Shown here: piece after piece, positions 1-9,183 of the stretch
How the letters are laid out: every line of letters starts with the position of its first letter
Numbering within the stretch: position 1 is the stretch's first letter
Virus record (IMG/VR): IMGVR_UViG_3300048579_000166
Span: 1 to 34,075 of that record
Direction: 5' to 3' (one strand)
DNA from: a virus
Taxonomy: Duplodnaviria > Caudoviricetes
Length of the DNA: 34,075 bases
Notes under the pieces: generated by a model
The model's input: the letters and a program-made list of their open reading frames with translations, nothing else
What the model was told of the DNA's origin: nothing
Databases searched by the model: none
Translations under genes and position numbers: made by a program

Positions 1-561
1 CGAGTTAGCATCCGCAAGCACAACGTTTTGACCATCTGTACCTATACTGTTTAAATCGCCAGATGCCTGTGTGTCCAACCCCATATCTGCAAACCAGTAT
101 GCAGTAGTCTGTCCACTTCGTGTCATACCGAACTTTGCTACTTGTATAAATTTATAAGTACTATTGGTTATAATGTTTTGAATAGCCGTTTTAACATCCT
201 CAGGATTAACTGTGTCACTGGCAAGATAAGTTCCTCCAAAAATTATTATGTCATAGGCAGCTTTCCATGCATCTGTATTGTAATTTGCAACAAATTTCGT
301 CCATGTGCAAACGTGAAAAGGTATCCCTCTTGCAATTAAATCATGCCATAAAAAATAATTTGAATCAGCTGCCTGAGAACCTACTACAAGCACCCTTTTG
401 TTGTTTAAAGGCATTATGTCAAAGTGTCCTCTTCTGCGTAGCACCGCCTTTGACATAGATGAGTCAACAATCAATTTTGCTTGTTTCGCATTTTCAGCCT
501 GAACTGTTTTAGCTTTTTTTAATGCCTTATTTGCTTTTGATAAAATAATTTTATCATTCAT
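1..561 (-). CDS. Hypothetical protein, runs off the left edge (>=187 aa, MNDKIILSKANKALKKAK...)
   Basis: Not in ORF track. Frame read by hand is open from ATG 561 to base 1; GGGGGAGA RBS at 566-573; starts 1 nt after the upstream stop. Confidence 0.85.
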   Translation of the reverse strand, partial: MNDKIILSKANKALKKAKTVQAENAKQAKLIVDSSMSKAVLRRRGHFDIMPLNNKRVLVVGSQAADSNYFLWHDLIARGIPFHVCTWTKFVANYNTDAWKAAYDIIIFGGTYLASDTVNPEDVKTAIQNIITNSTYKFIQVAKFGMTRSGQTTAYWFADMGLDTQASGDLNSIGTDGQNVVLADANS

Positions 562-562
562 T

Positions 563-808
563 TTATCTCCCCCTTATGATAAGTCTCCAATCACCAGTAG
601 CAGTAATGGAAACTGTTCGAAATGAGATAAACGTTTCAGAACTAACATCTCCGGGTAAAACAGTGAACATCTTGCCATCTGCAACATATGTAAGCGTTGC
701 GGTTTCACTGTCATTCCAAACCTCTACTTGCTGAACCCGATCACCTTCATTTACAGTATAATTATAGTTTCCGGTACCTTTCTTTGAATCCTTAGTTATA
801 AACTCCAT
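563..808 (-). CDS. Small hypothetical beta-rich protein downstream of portal
   Basis: 81-aa ORF with GGAAGGTGA RBS, in operon order after portal. Confidence 0.75.
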   Translation of the reverse strand: MEFITKDSKKGTGNYNYTVNEGDRVQQVEVWNDSETATLTYVADGKMFTVLPGDVSSETFISFRTVSITATGDWRLIIRGR

Positions 809-833
809 CTTCTCTCACCTTCCTTTTTATTCG

Positions 834-2900
834 TTACTCTTCTTCCTCGATAATCGGTAAAATAGTACAGCGGCAGTTTGCGACTTCGCTTACAGGTCCC
901 GCAGGGTCACCAGGATACATTAAACCATTTGAAAATAGTTCATCTATAAGACGTTTTTGCCCGTCTAATCGAGAGTGGGAATCTCTAACCCTTGAATCTC
1001 TTGTGGATAGCCATTCTTTTTTTTGTACTCCAGCTAAAATATATGTTTCAATGCTTCCTGCATTAACAGCCCTCGTTGTTTCGGTCCGTGCTATCATTGT
1101 ACATCGAGATTTTTTATACTCAGTATAAATTTCTGAAACTCTGTCTCTCAACTTTGGAATTGACTCACCATTTGCAATGCCTTCATTTAAGGATTTTTGA
1201 AGTCTTTCCTTTGATGTTTTATTTATATCCGCAGCTGTCTTTTTGCCAAATGTTTTAACCCAATTTTTGAACCGGAAAAGCAGACTGGCTATAGGACCTT
1301 TTATAACTGTTTCGTCCTCATCAAACCCCAACTCTTCATCAAGGGAAAGGCTGTAAGTATCATTTGCAAAATTAAAGCCTTCCTCAAGGCACGCCATCCA
1401 AAGAGGCTCGAGAATATCAAAAAGCTTATTATTTTCTCCGTCCCAATCAAAAGAACTGCTTCTTTCATCCTCAAGGGCTTTATTCAACCTGTTTTGCTGC
1501 TCCTGGAAAAACTTTTTCATAACCTTTTCGAATTTCCGCTCATACTTTGTTGCTATTCTGTCAAAACTCTTCCAAATAGCTGTTTTGTGCTTCATAGACA
1601 GCCCTTTGGATGGTTTATCTTCCTCGTTTTCATCCTCATAGCCGTTAAGTATGTTCTCACTATTCAGGTCTGTCGGCATCATGTTTAATGGAGTATAGAG
1701 TATATTACCTTTTCCATCTGGCAAAGAATCATAGCCGTTTGTATGCCTCCATTCATCAACCGTAATTCCTCCGTTTTTCAACCCGGATTCGGATTTCTTC
1801 AATTCAAATTCCTTGTCAGTAGGTACCACACTATCATGCTCAATGTACAATTTTTCGTCATACTGTGGCCAGAACTGGCGGTTTAATGTATCATCGATAG
1901 CTTTTAATCTTATTGAAAATACATTCTTTGCATAAAGCTCATAAGCAAGATCAATTGTTGATCTGTTAGAATTCTCGAGTATCCCAAACAATTCACCCGA
2001 CATGGACCAGAAATTGTTGCAAGCATCCCTTAAGTTTCTTCTGGACTCAATAAAATCCATTTCCTTGGTAGTTTCCTTAAGGGTATGAAATTTAGCATCC
2101 CAGTTAATCCATGCGGTTTTATGTGCATTGTTCATTCCGCCATACTTCGAATTCCATTTTTCTTCTTGTCGATCAATAACATTAGGGTCGGCTCCGGGCA
2201 TCATACCAATAACAGGCGGTACAGCATCATTGTAAAAAAACTTTTTTGCCCATTTCGCCATATACTCATCAGTTTCCATTTCATCCCCAATACCTTCAGC
2301 TCGACCACGTCCACGGCCATATGGGTTCAAAGGATCAGGGTCCTTAAACCAAATTATGTCCCTTGGCTCTGCATATATGGTTCTAAACGATGTATTTCCT
2401 TGGGGAAGAATTGTGAAAAAAGGTCTGCTAACAGTTGGAGTTTCTAATACCCAGTGAGGAGGTATAATCCAAATCTCTGCCGGTACTCCAAAGCCATTCC
2501 TTTCAAGGAGCCAAAAAGACTCTCCCGAAGGAAGCAATGTATACAACTCTGTAAGATAAAACAGGGTATATTCAGTTATTTCAGCTATTGGACATGGCTT
2601 TTTAAGTAACTTAAGTCCTACATGTTCCTCAATTTTTCTTCGAGGCTTGGTATTGTTAACATACAATCCATAACCGGCAGTTGCAACGTCAGCACTTATT
2701 TTATGTATTGGTGCCATCCTGGGAGATTTCATAAAAAGGTCAATCCATTGAGCCGTCCCCCTTCGAGGAGGGTTGGAATACCTTGGTGTCAATGCATTTT
2801 CTGCTTTTGTTCTAAAGGCGGTATCTGGATTCTTGGACATTGCCATTTTTAACATGTCAACCCTTGTTCTAAGTCCATTCATAATACTCAAATCTATCAC
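834..2900 (-). CDS. HK97-like portal fused to a MuF/SPP1 gp7-like head morphogenesis domain
   Basis: Portal-like N-part (IIWFKDPDPLNPYGRG, KFFYNDAVP, ITVDEWR); C-part IARTETTRAVN, KEWLSTRDSRVRDSH, NCRCT; follows TerL. Confidence 0.9.
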   Translation of the reverse strand: MIDLSIMNGLRTRVDMLKMAMSKNPDTAFRTKAENALTPRYSNPPRRGTAQWIDLFMKSPRMAPIHKISADVATAGYGLYVNNTKPRRKIEEHVGLKLLKKPCPIAEITEYTLFYLTELYTLLPSGESFWLLERNGFGVPAEIWIIPPHWVLETPTVSRPFFTILPQGNTSFRTIYAEPRDIIWFKDPDPLNPYGRGRGRAEGIGDEMETDEYMAKWAKKFFYNDAVPPVIGMMPGADPNVIDRQEEKWNSKYGGMNNAHKTAWINWDAKFHTLKETTKEMDFIESRRNLRDACNNFWSMSGELFGILENSNRSTIDLAYELYAKNVFSIRLKAIDDTLNRQFWPQYDEKLYIEHDSVVPTDKEFELKKSESGLKNGGITVDEWRHTNGYDSLPDGKGNILYTPLNMMPTDLNSENILNGYEDENEEDKPSKGLSMKHKTAIWKSFDRIATKYERKFEKVMKKFFQEQQNRLNKALEDERSSSFDWDGENNKLFDILEPLWMACLEEGFNFANDTYSLSLDEELGFDEDETVIKGPIASLLFRFKNWVKTFGKKTAADINKTSKERLQKSLNEGIANGESIPKLRDRVSEIYTEYKKSRCTMIARTETTRAVNAGSIETYILAGVQKKEWLSTRDSRVRDSHSRLDGQKRLIDELFSNGLMYPGDPAGPVSEVANCRCTILPIIEEEE

Positions 2901-2907
2901 CGCCTTT

Positions 2908-4488
2908 CTATTTCATGTAATAATCAGGAGTTTTAAGTGTCTTAACTAAGGCCTGTGTACAATCCGCTGCATCATCATGAGGTGCTTTTGCGTGATATCC
3001 AAGTATTTCATTGTTAAATTGAACGTTGAGTTTATTAAATAAAATAAGCCCTTCATTTATATCTGGCTCCATTTGAATTATCCTATTATGTTTGTTAGTT
3101 GTTGAACGGAATCCAGTTACTTTACGGTAAACCCCTTTTTCAACAAGGTATTTTCGTAGTTCTTCTGTTCCGTCTTCTTTATAGGTGTTTTCCTCTATAA
3201 TAACCTCGTCAATGTCTGGATACGCATTTATGAACCATTCCGTATGTTTCATAATAGCACCTAGCTTATCATTTCTAAGCTGACCTTCTTGAATGCAAAT
3301 ACCACCATTTATTTTCCCACCAAGAGCATAGCCAGTTGAGTCTAAGCCCTTTCCTTCGGACGGGTCGACTGCCAATTTTAATTTTTCAATTTTAGGAAGT
3401 TCTTCGTATAGGTCTTGCCAATATCTCATAGTTTTAAAGTGCTTATCAGAACTGTTTCGAGGTTCGTTTTGATCTTCTTTAAAAAAAGCGTCCTCCCCAA
3501 AAGCCACACGATCAAGCATTACATTGTAATATCCACCAGGATATTTAGTCTTGTTTGAAGGAACCTTTTCTTCCCATAATACTTTTACGCCCCGCAGCAT
3601 TGTTTCTTTATTTTTGATATAAAAGTTCCATGCATCATCAAAGCGATTTTCGTTGGAAATATTACAATAAATCTTTCGCCATTGTTCCCAGAGCAATTCA
3701 CCGTCATTATCCGGGAAAGTAATAACCCTTTTAAGTATCAGCGATTTCCATGAAGGCATTTTTATAACTCTGGCAAGTAGCGAATCTTCGCTTAACAATG
3801 TTCCAATATAAAAAAAGTCAGTGTTATATGTCCCTAAACGCCCGATTTCTTCATTGAAGCATGTTTCAAGTTTTTTTCTAAGAGAATCACTTTCCATTAC
3901 CGATTTATCTTCTAGATCATCCAACGCAATGAGATCAGGACGAGTATCTTTATTCAATCCTCTTAATCCTGATGTCCAACCACTACAACTAATCCAGACA
4001 CCATTTTTCAAGCAGATCTCTTCAGAGTTCCAAACCTTACCTTTTTGCGGGCCAAAATCCTCTGTAATTGCTGGACTTTCAAGAGCTTTCTTAGTTTTTT
4101 CAAGAAAATTCGATGCGGTAGCTCCATTAGCACTGATAAAGAAAATAAACTTTTTCTTTTTATAGCACGCAGCCCAGGTCGGCATAGCAAACGAACTGAA
4201 CGTTGACTTACCATGCTCGCGAGGTGCAACAATAGCTTGTTTTTCCCTTGCATCTGACTCAATAACATTTTTCAGTGTATATAAGATCGTCCTTGAGTAC
4301 TCCGCAAACTCTCTCTCGAACTGATCAGGAAGATAAGCCAAACAAAAAAACTCGGGATCTAATTCTCCGAGCATTCTTCTCAATCCACCTGGACCGGTTA
4401 AAGGATATTCTGTTAATATGCTTTCAGCATCTTTTCCAAAATGCTTGTAAGTGAAGTCAATAATAAGGTCGATTTGCTTCTGGTCCAT
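2908..4488 (-). CDS. terL: Terminase large subunit
   Basis: Walker A APREHGKST, Walker B LIALDDLE, nuclease motifs LAVDPS and HDDAAD. Confidence 0.93.
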   Translation of the reverse strand: MDQKQIDLIIDFTYKHFGKDAESILTEYPLTGPGGLRRMLGELDPEFFCLAYLPDQFEREFAEYSRTILYTLKNVIESDAREKQAIVAPREHGKSTFSSFAMPTWAACYKKKKFIFFISANGATASNFLEKTKKALESPAITEDFGPQKGKVWNSEEICLKNGVWISCSGWTSGLRGLNKDTRPDLIALDDLEDKSVMESDSLRKKLETCFNEEIGRLGTYNTDFFYIGTLLSEDSLLARVIKMPSWKSLILKRVITFPDNDGELLWEQWRKIYCNISNENRFDDAWNFYIKNKETMLRGVKVLWEEKVPSNKTKYPGGYYNVMLDRVAFGEDAFFKEDQNEPRNSSDKHFKTMRYWQDLYEELPKIEKLKLAVDPSEGKGLDSTGYALGGKINGGICIQEGQLRNDKLGAIMKHTEWFINAYPDIDEVIIEENTYKEDGTEELRKYLVEKGVYRKVTGFRSTTNKHNRIIQMEPDINEGLILFNKLNVQFNNEILGYHAKAPHDDAADCTQALVKTLKTPDYYMK

Positions 4489-4496
4489 AAAATCAC

Positions 4497-4745
4497 CTAT
4501 TCAAAAGCTTCTTTTTTAAGTTCAGATGCGTTTTCTTCCAAGTAAGTTGAGATTTTTTGGTACCCTTCGGTATTGTTGTTTTCGCCAAAACCTCTGAACT
4601 TAACTCTAGCAGGATACACCTCTTTTACTTCGTCTCCATCCATGTTAAATACTATTGCCCATCCGAATGTATGAAGAATCATATTTATCCACCAAAGCAG
4701 CCCTGAATCTTTGAACTCTTTCCAATTTTTCTTTGATATCATCAT
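4497..4745 (-). CDS. Hypothetical phage protein
   Basis: 82-aa ORF with RBS, in operon orientation. Confidence 0.7.
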   Translation of the reverse strand: MMISKKNWKEFKDSGLLWWINMILHTFGWAIVFNMDGDEVKEVYPARVKFRGFGENNNTEGYQKISTYLEENASELKKEAFE

Positions 4746-4757
4746 TTTTCACCCTCT

Positions 4758-4877
4758 CTATTGGCATTCATGCTTGGTTTTACCGCAATATTTGCAGCGG
4801 TACCCAAACCCTAAAACGTGCTTAAATTTATGCTTTAAAAATAAAAAGCACTTACTTTTCCGCTGTTTCACCATCAT
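4758..4877 (-). CDS. Small Cys/His-rich protein (MMVKQRKSKCFLFLKHKF...YRCKYCGK)
   Basis: 39-aa ORF translated by hand, GGGGTGA RBS; not in track. Confidence 0.5.
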   Translation of the reverse strand: MMVKQRKSKCFLFLKHKFKHVLGFGYRCKYCGKTKHECQ

Positions 4878-5007
4878 CCTTCACCCCGTATATCGCACCT
4901 TTGTTATAGTGCTTAATGTACCACTCAAAAAACTCTTTATAGGTCTTGAACTCAAATACTTCGAGCTCGGAAATTTTACATTGTGGACTGAATTTAGCAG
5001 TAATCAT
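4852..5007 (-). CDS. Small hypothetical protein (51 aa)
   Basis: Translated by hand; ATGA overlap with the upstream stop. Confidence 0.45.
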   Translation of the reverse strand: MITAKFSPQCKISELEVFEFKTYKEFFEWYIKHYNKGAIYGVKDDGETAEK

Positions 5008-5225
5008 GGAAGTAGCTTTATTGTTTCAAAACCGTTTTCTAATGCCCACTCATTGAACTCTTTAACCGCTGCATTATAGCATTCTTTATGTAGTTCAATT
5101 TGTTTGTGATTTGACTCTATTAATCTTTTGGCGGCATCAATGCTGTTTTGGCATTCGTCAATACGAATTTTACGTTCATTTAACCATTCTTTCATCTGAT
5201 TAACATAGTTTTGATTGAAATCCAT
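5004..5225 (-). CDS. Hypothetical coiled-coil protein
   Basis: 73-aa ORF with GGAGG RBS. Confidence 0.7.
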   Translation of the reverse strand: MDFNQNYVNQMKEWLNERKIRIDECQNSIDAAKRLIESNHKQIELHKECYNAAVKEFNEWALENGFETIKLLP

Positions 5226-5253
5226 CTTTATCCCTCCAATTAGTTTAAAATGT

Positions 5254-5793
5254 TTATATAAAAAACGCTTTTAATTGCTCACGGACATAATAAAAAAGCT
5301 GGTAATATATAAACATACCAGCGTATCGTTTCTCTATAAAATTAATGTCGATGTTGTATCTATGCCCAAATGTGAACATTGTAGCCAAAAAGGATTTTTC
5401 TGAAAGATCAGTCCCGTACCTATGATTTATGATCTTTTCATACCCTTGTGATTCTTCAACCATCAATATAAATCTAGCTCCAAGAGATCGTGTTAATTCA
5501 TTTTCGAACCGAACTCTTTCTTTTGCTAAGTTATTGCTTATTTCTTCAAGACTATTTTTTCGTTCAATAGCTATTTGCCTGAAGAATTCAGTTTCTTCAT
5601 TTATCCCTAATTTAGGGATAGGCTTTAGAATTGCTGAATAATCGCCAAAATCAAGTTTTTGGAATAAATATTTTATATTTTTACTATCAAAGTATCTCGT
5701 TATATGCTCAACTTGATTTTCGCGGGTGTCTATTATAACCACAATATTTTTAAGAGCCTCTTGCACCATTTTGTCAATTTTAGAATCCGTCAT
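5254..5793 (-). CDS. ERCC4/XPF-family nuclease (possible branch or Holliday-junction resolvase)
   Basis: IIDTRE, DFGDY and AIERKNSLEE motifs. Confidence 0.88.
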   Translation of the reverse strand: MTDSKIDKMVQEALKNIVVIIDTRENQVEHITRYFDSKNIKYLFQKLDFGDYSAILKPIPKLGINEETEFFRQIAIERKNSLEEISNNLAKERVRFENELTRSLGARFILMVEESQGYEKIINHRYGTDLSEKSFLATMFTFGHRYNIDINFIEKRYAGMFIYYQLFYYVREQLKAFFI

Positions 5794-5811
5794 ACCCTCA
5801 CCAACTTTATT

Positions 5812-5967
5812 TTATAAAACAATAACAAACTCAGAATTACCTTCTTCATCTGTCTCGATACTGCCATCATGGCCAATCGCCCGAAAAACATCACCAGTTT
5901 TAAGCTGTTCAAATTCAATGTGCTGCCACTGACCCTTAATTTTAATTTCAAAACATTTAATACTCAT
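5812..5967 (-). CDS. Small hypothetical protein (51 aa, MSIKCFEIKIKGQWQHIEF...)
   Basis: Translated by hand; ATGA overlap with the upstream stop. Confidence 0.55.
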   Translation of the reverse strand: MSIKCFEIKIKGQWQHIEFEQLKTGDVFRAIGHDGSIETDEEGNSEFVIVL

Positions 5968-6512
5968 GGCAAATCGCCTTTTAAGTCTTTCCAGCGTTTA
6001 CCGTCTAAAATTCTAATACGGTAATTCTTAAACATTGTCTTAAGGACCTTATTGATCCTGTTTCCTTTGCAAAATAACCAAGGGTTAACAAAGAACTGCC
6101 TGTTCTTACTGTTTTTACCCTTATAGATTATATCTTTCTTTGAAAGATTGTTTATAGTATCAAAAAGAGTACTTCTAGAAAGGCCTGTAAGGTGAATTAA
6201 ATCATCTGTAGTTATATCATTGCCATTTTCATATTTTAAACAGCAATCCTCGTAACCAACATAAACCGCAATGCTGTATAAAAAAGCCTTCTCATAAACA
6301 TTAAGTTCGGCCATAACTTTTTTAATTTCCTCAATATGACCTTTGTAAAAATGTTCGATTTTCCACTCTTGAGTGGTTTCTTTTATCTTTTTCTTAGCAT
6401 TAAGGTAGTCAATACTTTTCCCTTTAATGATGCGGTCTCCTGATTTTAATTCATCCGTTATAAGCCCGGTACCTTTTTCTACCACATAGGCCTTAACCTC
6501 AGTATTTTCCAT
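5964..6512 (-). CDS. RepL-like winged-helix DNA-binding protein
   Basis: HTH DLIHLTGLSRSTLFDTINNL followed by FFVNPWLF; start at 6512 preferred for its AGGAGTGA RBS. Confidence 0.7.
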   Translation of the reverse strand: MENTEVKAYVVEKGTGLITDELKSGDRIIKGKSIDYLNAKKKIKETTQEWKIEHFYKGHIEEIKKVMAELNVYEKAFLYSIAVYVGYEDCCLKYENGNDITTDDLIHLTGLSRSTLFDTINNLSKKDIIYKGKNSKNRQFFVNPWLFCKGNRINKVLKTMFKNYRIRILDGKRWKDLKGDLP

Positions 6513-6527
6513 GCTTTCACTCCTATT

Positions 6528-6633
6528 AGTCCATATGGTGGACATATACCAAAAACAGAAATCGCTTTTAAGCCTTACACGCTCAAGGGGTTTAAGGCAT
6601 TTAAAAAAATATCACAAGTCCATACGGTGGACT
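6528..6633. promoter_or_regulatory. Two copies of palindrome GTCCA-N5-TGGAC upstream of the RepL-like gene
   Basis: AGTCCATATGGTGGAC at 6528-6543 and AGTCCATACGGTGGACT at 6617-6633. Confidence 0.6.
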
Positions 6634-6700
6634 AATCAAAAATCCATGCAGCCCTTGCCGTTGTATGTCTAGAACCCGATTTTTCGAGGTGGTGCTCCTC

Positions 6701-6967
6701 TTATTCTTTATTGGGTTTGCTTCGAAGGCCCTCAAAAACATCAGGAACAACCTCTATCTTTGAATAAACTCTTTGGCACTTAATTACCGCCTCAGGTATC
6801 TCACCAGGAACTACTTTAGGCAAATCGGGATGATCACCTGTAATATACAAGCAAACATTGTTGTCGCAATCTACCTCTGCACGATATACTTCTAAAAGGC
6901 TGGTATAATCCAACCCTAATTGCTGGAGCAGTAAGGGTAAACTAAACTTAATCTTAACTGCCTTCAT
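6701..6967 (-). CDS. Hypothetical protein (likely start MKAVKIKF)
   Basis: 3' part of track ORF 6701..7069; AGGGGTG RBS precedes this ATG. Confidence 0.6.
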   Translation of the reverse strand: MKAVKIKFSLPLLLQQLGLDYTSLLEVYRAEVDCDNNVCLYITGDHPDLPKVVPGEIPEAVIKCQRVYSKIEVVPDVFEGLRSKPNKE

Positions 6968-7151
6968 CAAAAACACCCCTTTTATTTGGAAGAATGAAAC
7001 TGTTCCCACAAGTACACTCAATGTCAACAGCAAGCTCATCCTCGTCAACAGCAACTGCACATATATCATTCGTTTCCATACAACTTAAATCAACTTCTTT
7101 ACCACATTTACAACAAATTACCTTAAAACAGTCACCTTCCATAGAAAACAC
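6954..7151 (-). CDS. Small zinc-ribbon protein
   Basis: CCKCG...CTCG. Confidence 0.6.
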   Translation of the reverse strand: MFSMEGDCFKVICCKCGKEVDLSCMETNDICAVAVDEDELAVDIECTCGNSFILPNKRGVFDEGS

Positions 7152-7310
7152 CCCTTTTATTTTGGTAAAAATTTTTATGGGACTTAACTGGCGGTTCCTT
7201 CCAAAAAACGGGAGAAACAGACCCCCGCCCCCTCAGTCCAATTTCCAGTTGAAAAGCTCTTGATTAAACGAAATAATGTTTTCGCAGTAATCTTAAATAT
7301 TTTCAATCCA

Positions 7311-7385
7311 GATTTGAGACGATTTAGGACGATTTTAGGCCATTTTAGACGATTAATATTTTTGACAAAATAGAAAATATTAATC
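7311..7385. repeat. Four degenerate 10-bp tandem repeats followed by a 12-bp inverted repeat
   Basis: gatttgagac/gatttaggac/gattttaggc/cattttagac; GATTAATATTTT(7351-7362)-N11-AAAATATTAATC(7374-7385). Confidence 0.7.
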
Positions 7386-7476
7386 AGATTGCTATCTGTA
7401 AAATAGCCTTCGAATATCTCTTAATTACTCGCAATATCTCCAGTTTTCAAATTAAAAAACGTAGCTCAACTGGAAA

Positions 7477-7935
7477 TTATTCCGACTGATTTTCCAATTT
7501 CTTTTTCTCCTGTAAACGTCTCTTAATGTCTTCTGCTGACAGCTTTTCAGGCTCATTGCTAACAGTAAGCTCAGTCTTATCCACATAGCCATGATTATTC
7601 TTAAGATCAAATATGGTCGTGATCTCCTTTAAGAAGCCAAGGGCAGCCTTTTCAATCTTAAACCCTGCTATGTACTGACTAGCCATTTTAACCGAGTCCG
7701 AAAAACTGTTCCCGTTACCATCAGTTCGTTTTGCATATTGATATAATGTATCTTTAACTATACCCATATGAGAGCAGAGATGTTCGACATTAAGTACTCT
7801 AGAGAGCTTCCCGCTTTCCCTTATTGAGGTCGCATTCTCTCTTTCGCATAAATCGAAGTAGGATGTCATGGCAGTTACGAAGTCCTCAACAGAATCATAT
7901 TTTCTTGGTCTACCTGTGAATGGCATAGTTATCAA
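7477..7935 (-). CDS. terS: Terminase small subunit (P22 gp3-like DNA-packaging family)
   Basis: GRPRKYDSVEDF...YF N-terminus, HTH, IFDLKNNHGYVDK motif; first gene of the late region. Confidence 0.85.
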   Translation of the reverse strand: MITMPFTGRPRKYDSVEDFVTAMTSYFDLCERENATSIRESGKLSRVLNVEHLCSHMGIVKDTLYQYAKRTDGNGNSFSDSVKMASQYIAGFKIEKAALGFLKEITTIFDLKNNHGYVDKTELTVSNEPEKLSAEDIKRRLQEKKKLENQSE

Positions 7936-7946
7936 CTCCTCTTCAG

Positions 7947-7981
7947 AAAAATAAAAAAGCCAGATAGGGTTATCTGACTTT
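7947..7981 (-). terminator. Intrinsic terminator-like hairpin just upstream of terS
   Basis: Minus strand AAAGTCAGATA-ACCC-TATCTGGCTTT followed by a U-rich tail. Confidence 0.55.
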
Positions 7982-8123
7982 CGTAAATGGGGTGCCTATA
8001 ATATTTTACAATACCATTTTATCACATTCGAATAAAAGATAATATCAACATTTTTTCAAAATTCCGAAACATTAAATCCTTTATTTTTAGGCTTTCTGAG
8101 ATTATTTTGTCAACAAATTGATT

Positions 8124-8474
8124 TCATAGGATTCTTTTGTTAAAGAACTCGTTAAGCTCTTTGATATGATTTTGAATCTGTATCTCATATTCTACTGCAT
8201 TATATATCTGTTTTTTGAGGCGTTCAAGTGAATTTTTGTAGGTTAGTATAGTGGTATAACTCATATCCTTTGCCAATCTATTAATCTCTTCTTTTTCACC
8301 CTTCCACCGTTTATCTAATATGGTTACAAGAGAATATGTATACTCTAAGGCAGAGGCATTTTGTTGGTATTGTTCTAAGTAGTGTGCCAATAGAGTAATT
8401 TGCATATTTGTATCCAACATCCTTTTGATAAACTCACCTTTTTCCATATAAATCCTCCTTATCCCATTGCCCAT
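8124..8474 (-). CDS. Hypothetical helical protein
   Basis: ORF in operon orientation; AGGAGG RBS before the internal MEKGEF start. Confidence 0.65.
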   Translation of the reverse strand: MGNGIRRIYMEKGEFIKRMLDTNMQITLLAHYLEQYQQNASALEYTYSLVTILDKRWKGEKEEINRLAKDMSYTTILTYKNSLERLKKQIYNAVEYEIQIQNHIKELNEFFNKRIL

Positions 8475-8475
8475 A

Positions 8476-9183
8476 TTACATTCTCAAACCATCAATGCCA
8501 AATATCAGAGAAGTGAGAGACCTTACAGCATCGTCTATATCATTATAGATGCAAGCAGAAGTTACAAAAAGTCTTTTAGCTGTTTCCTCTACGGTTTTAG
8601 CCTCTTCCTCAGGTGCAATATAAACATGATATATTGCTTTGTACTTTCTTTGTTCAGACTCTTTCTTGCTTTTTAGGCATTTTATTTCATATATTTCAAT
8701 CATATTGTCTATATGCCCAAGTATAATTGCAGTTCTTTCCTTGCTTCTATGAATAGAGTCAACAAACAATTCTTCGTTATCATAGCTTTCTAATTCCTCA
8801 AGGATGGATAATGCATTATTCTTTTTTGATTTTTTAAAAGTAGCATTCTCTGCAAAAGTTTTTAGGTTTCTATATTCCCTAAGAAGTAATTTTGTGTTTC
8901 TTAACCGTCTGTCAAATCTTTTCTTAAGATTCTCATTCTTTTCATTTTTTATTGCTTCTAGAGCTGTCTGAGTTCCTATTTCAGTTCCAATGCGAATAAT
9001 ATGGCTTGTAGACATTTGAGTTAGTGTCTTTATAACATTTTTTTCTTGGTCCTTATCTAACCTAAGGCTTAGTTTTTCAACCGACCTTTGCACTGCTTCC
9101 TCAGTTGTCCTTTTGATGATTTCCAATACTTCAGGTGCTATTGTTGATTTTTCTTCATCACACATTGTGATCATCCCTTTCAT
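8476..9183 (-). CDS. Putative late transcriptional activator (RinA/ArpU-like, C-terminal sigma4-type HTH)
   Basis: LRNTKLLLREYR motif, C-terminal HTH VEETAKRLFVTSACIYNDI, position before terS. Confidence 0.7.
   Translation of the reverse strand: MKGMITMCDEEKSTIAPEVLEIIKRTTEEAVQRSVEKLSLRLDKDQEKNVIKTLTQMSTSHIIRIGTEIGTQTALEAIKNEKNENLKKRFDRRLRNTKLLLREYRNLKTFAENATFKKSKKNNALSILEELESYDNEELFVDSIHRSKERTAIILGHIDNMIEIYEIKCLKSKKESEQRKYKAIYHVYIAPEEEAKTVEETAKRLFVTSACIYNDIDDAVRSLTSLIFGIDGLRM

Noticed and set aside
415-456. Inverted repeat ATGTCAAAG...CTTTGACAT as a regulatory RNA
   Set aside because: Lies inside an open coding frame, with a long loop and no terminator tail
142-458. Plus-strand ORFs 142..339 and 267..458
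   Set aside because: Shadows of the continuous minus-strand gene 1..561
7311-7354. CRISPR array
   Set aside because: 10-bp units with no spacers; no repeat-spacer array or cas gene seen in the window
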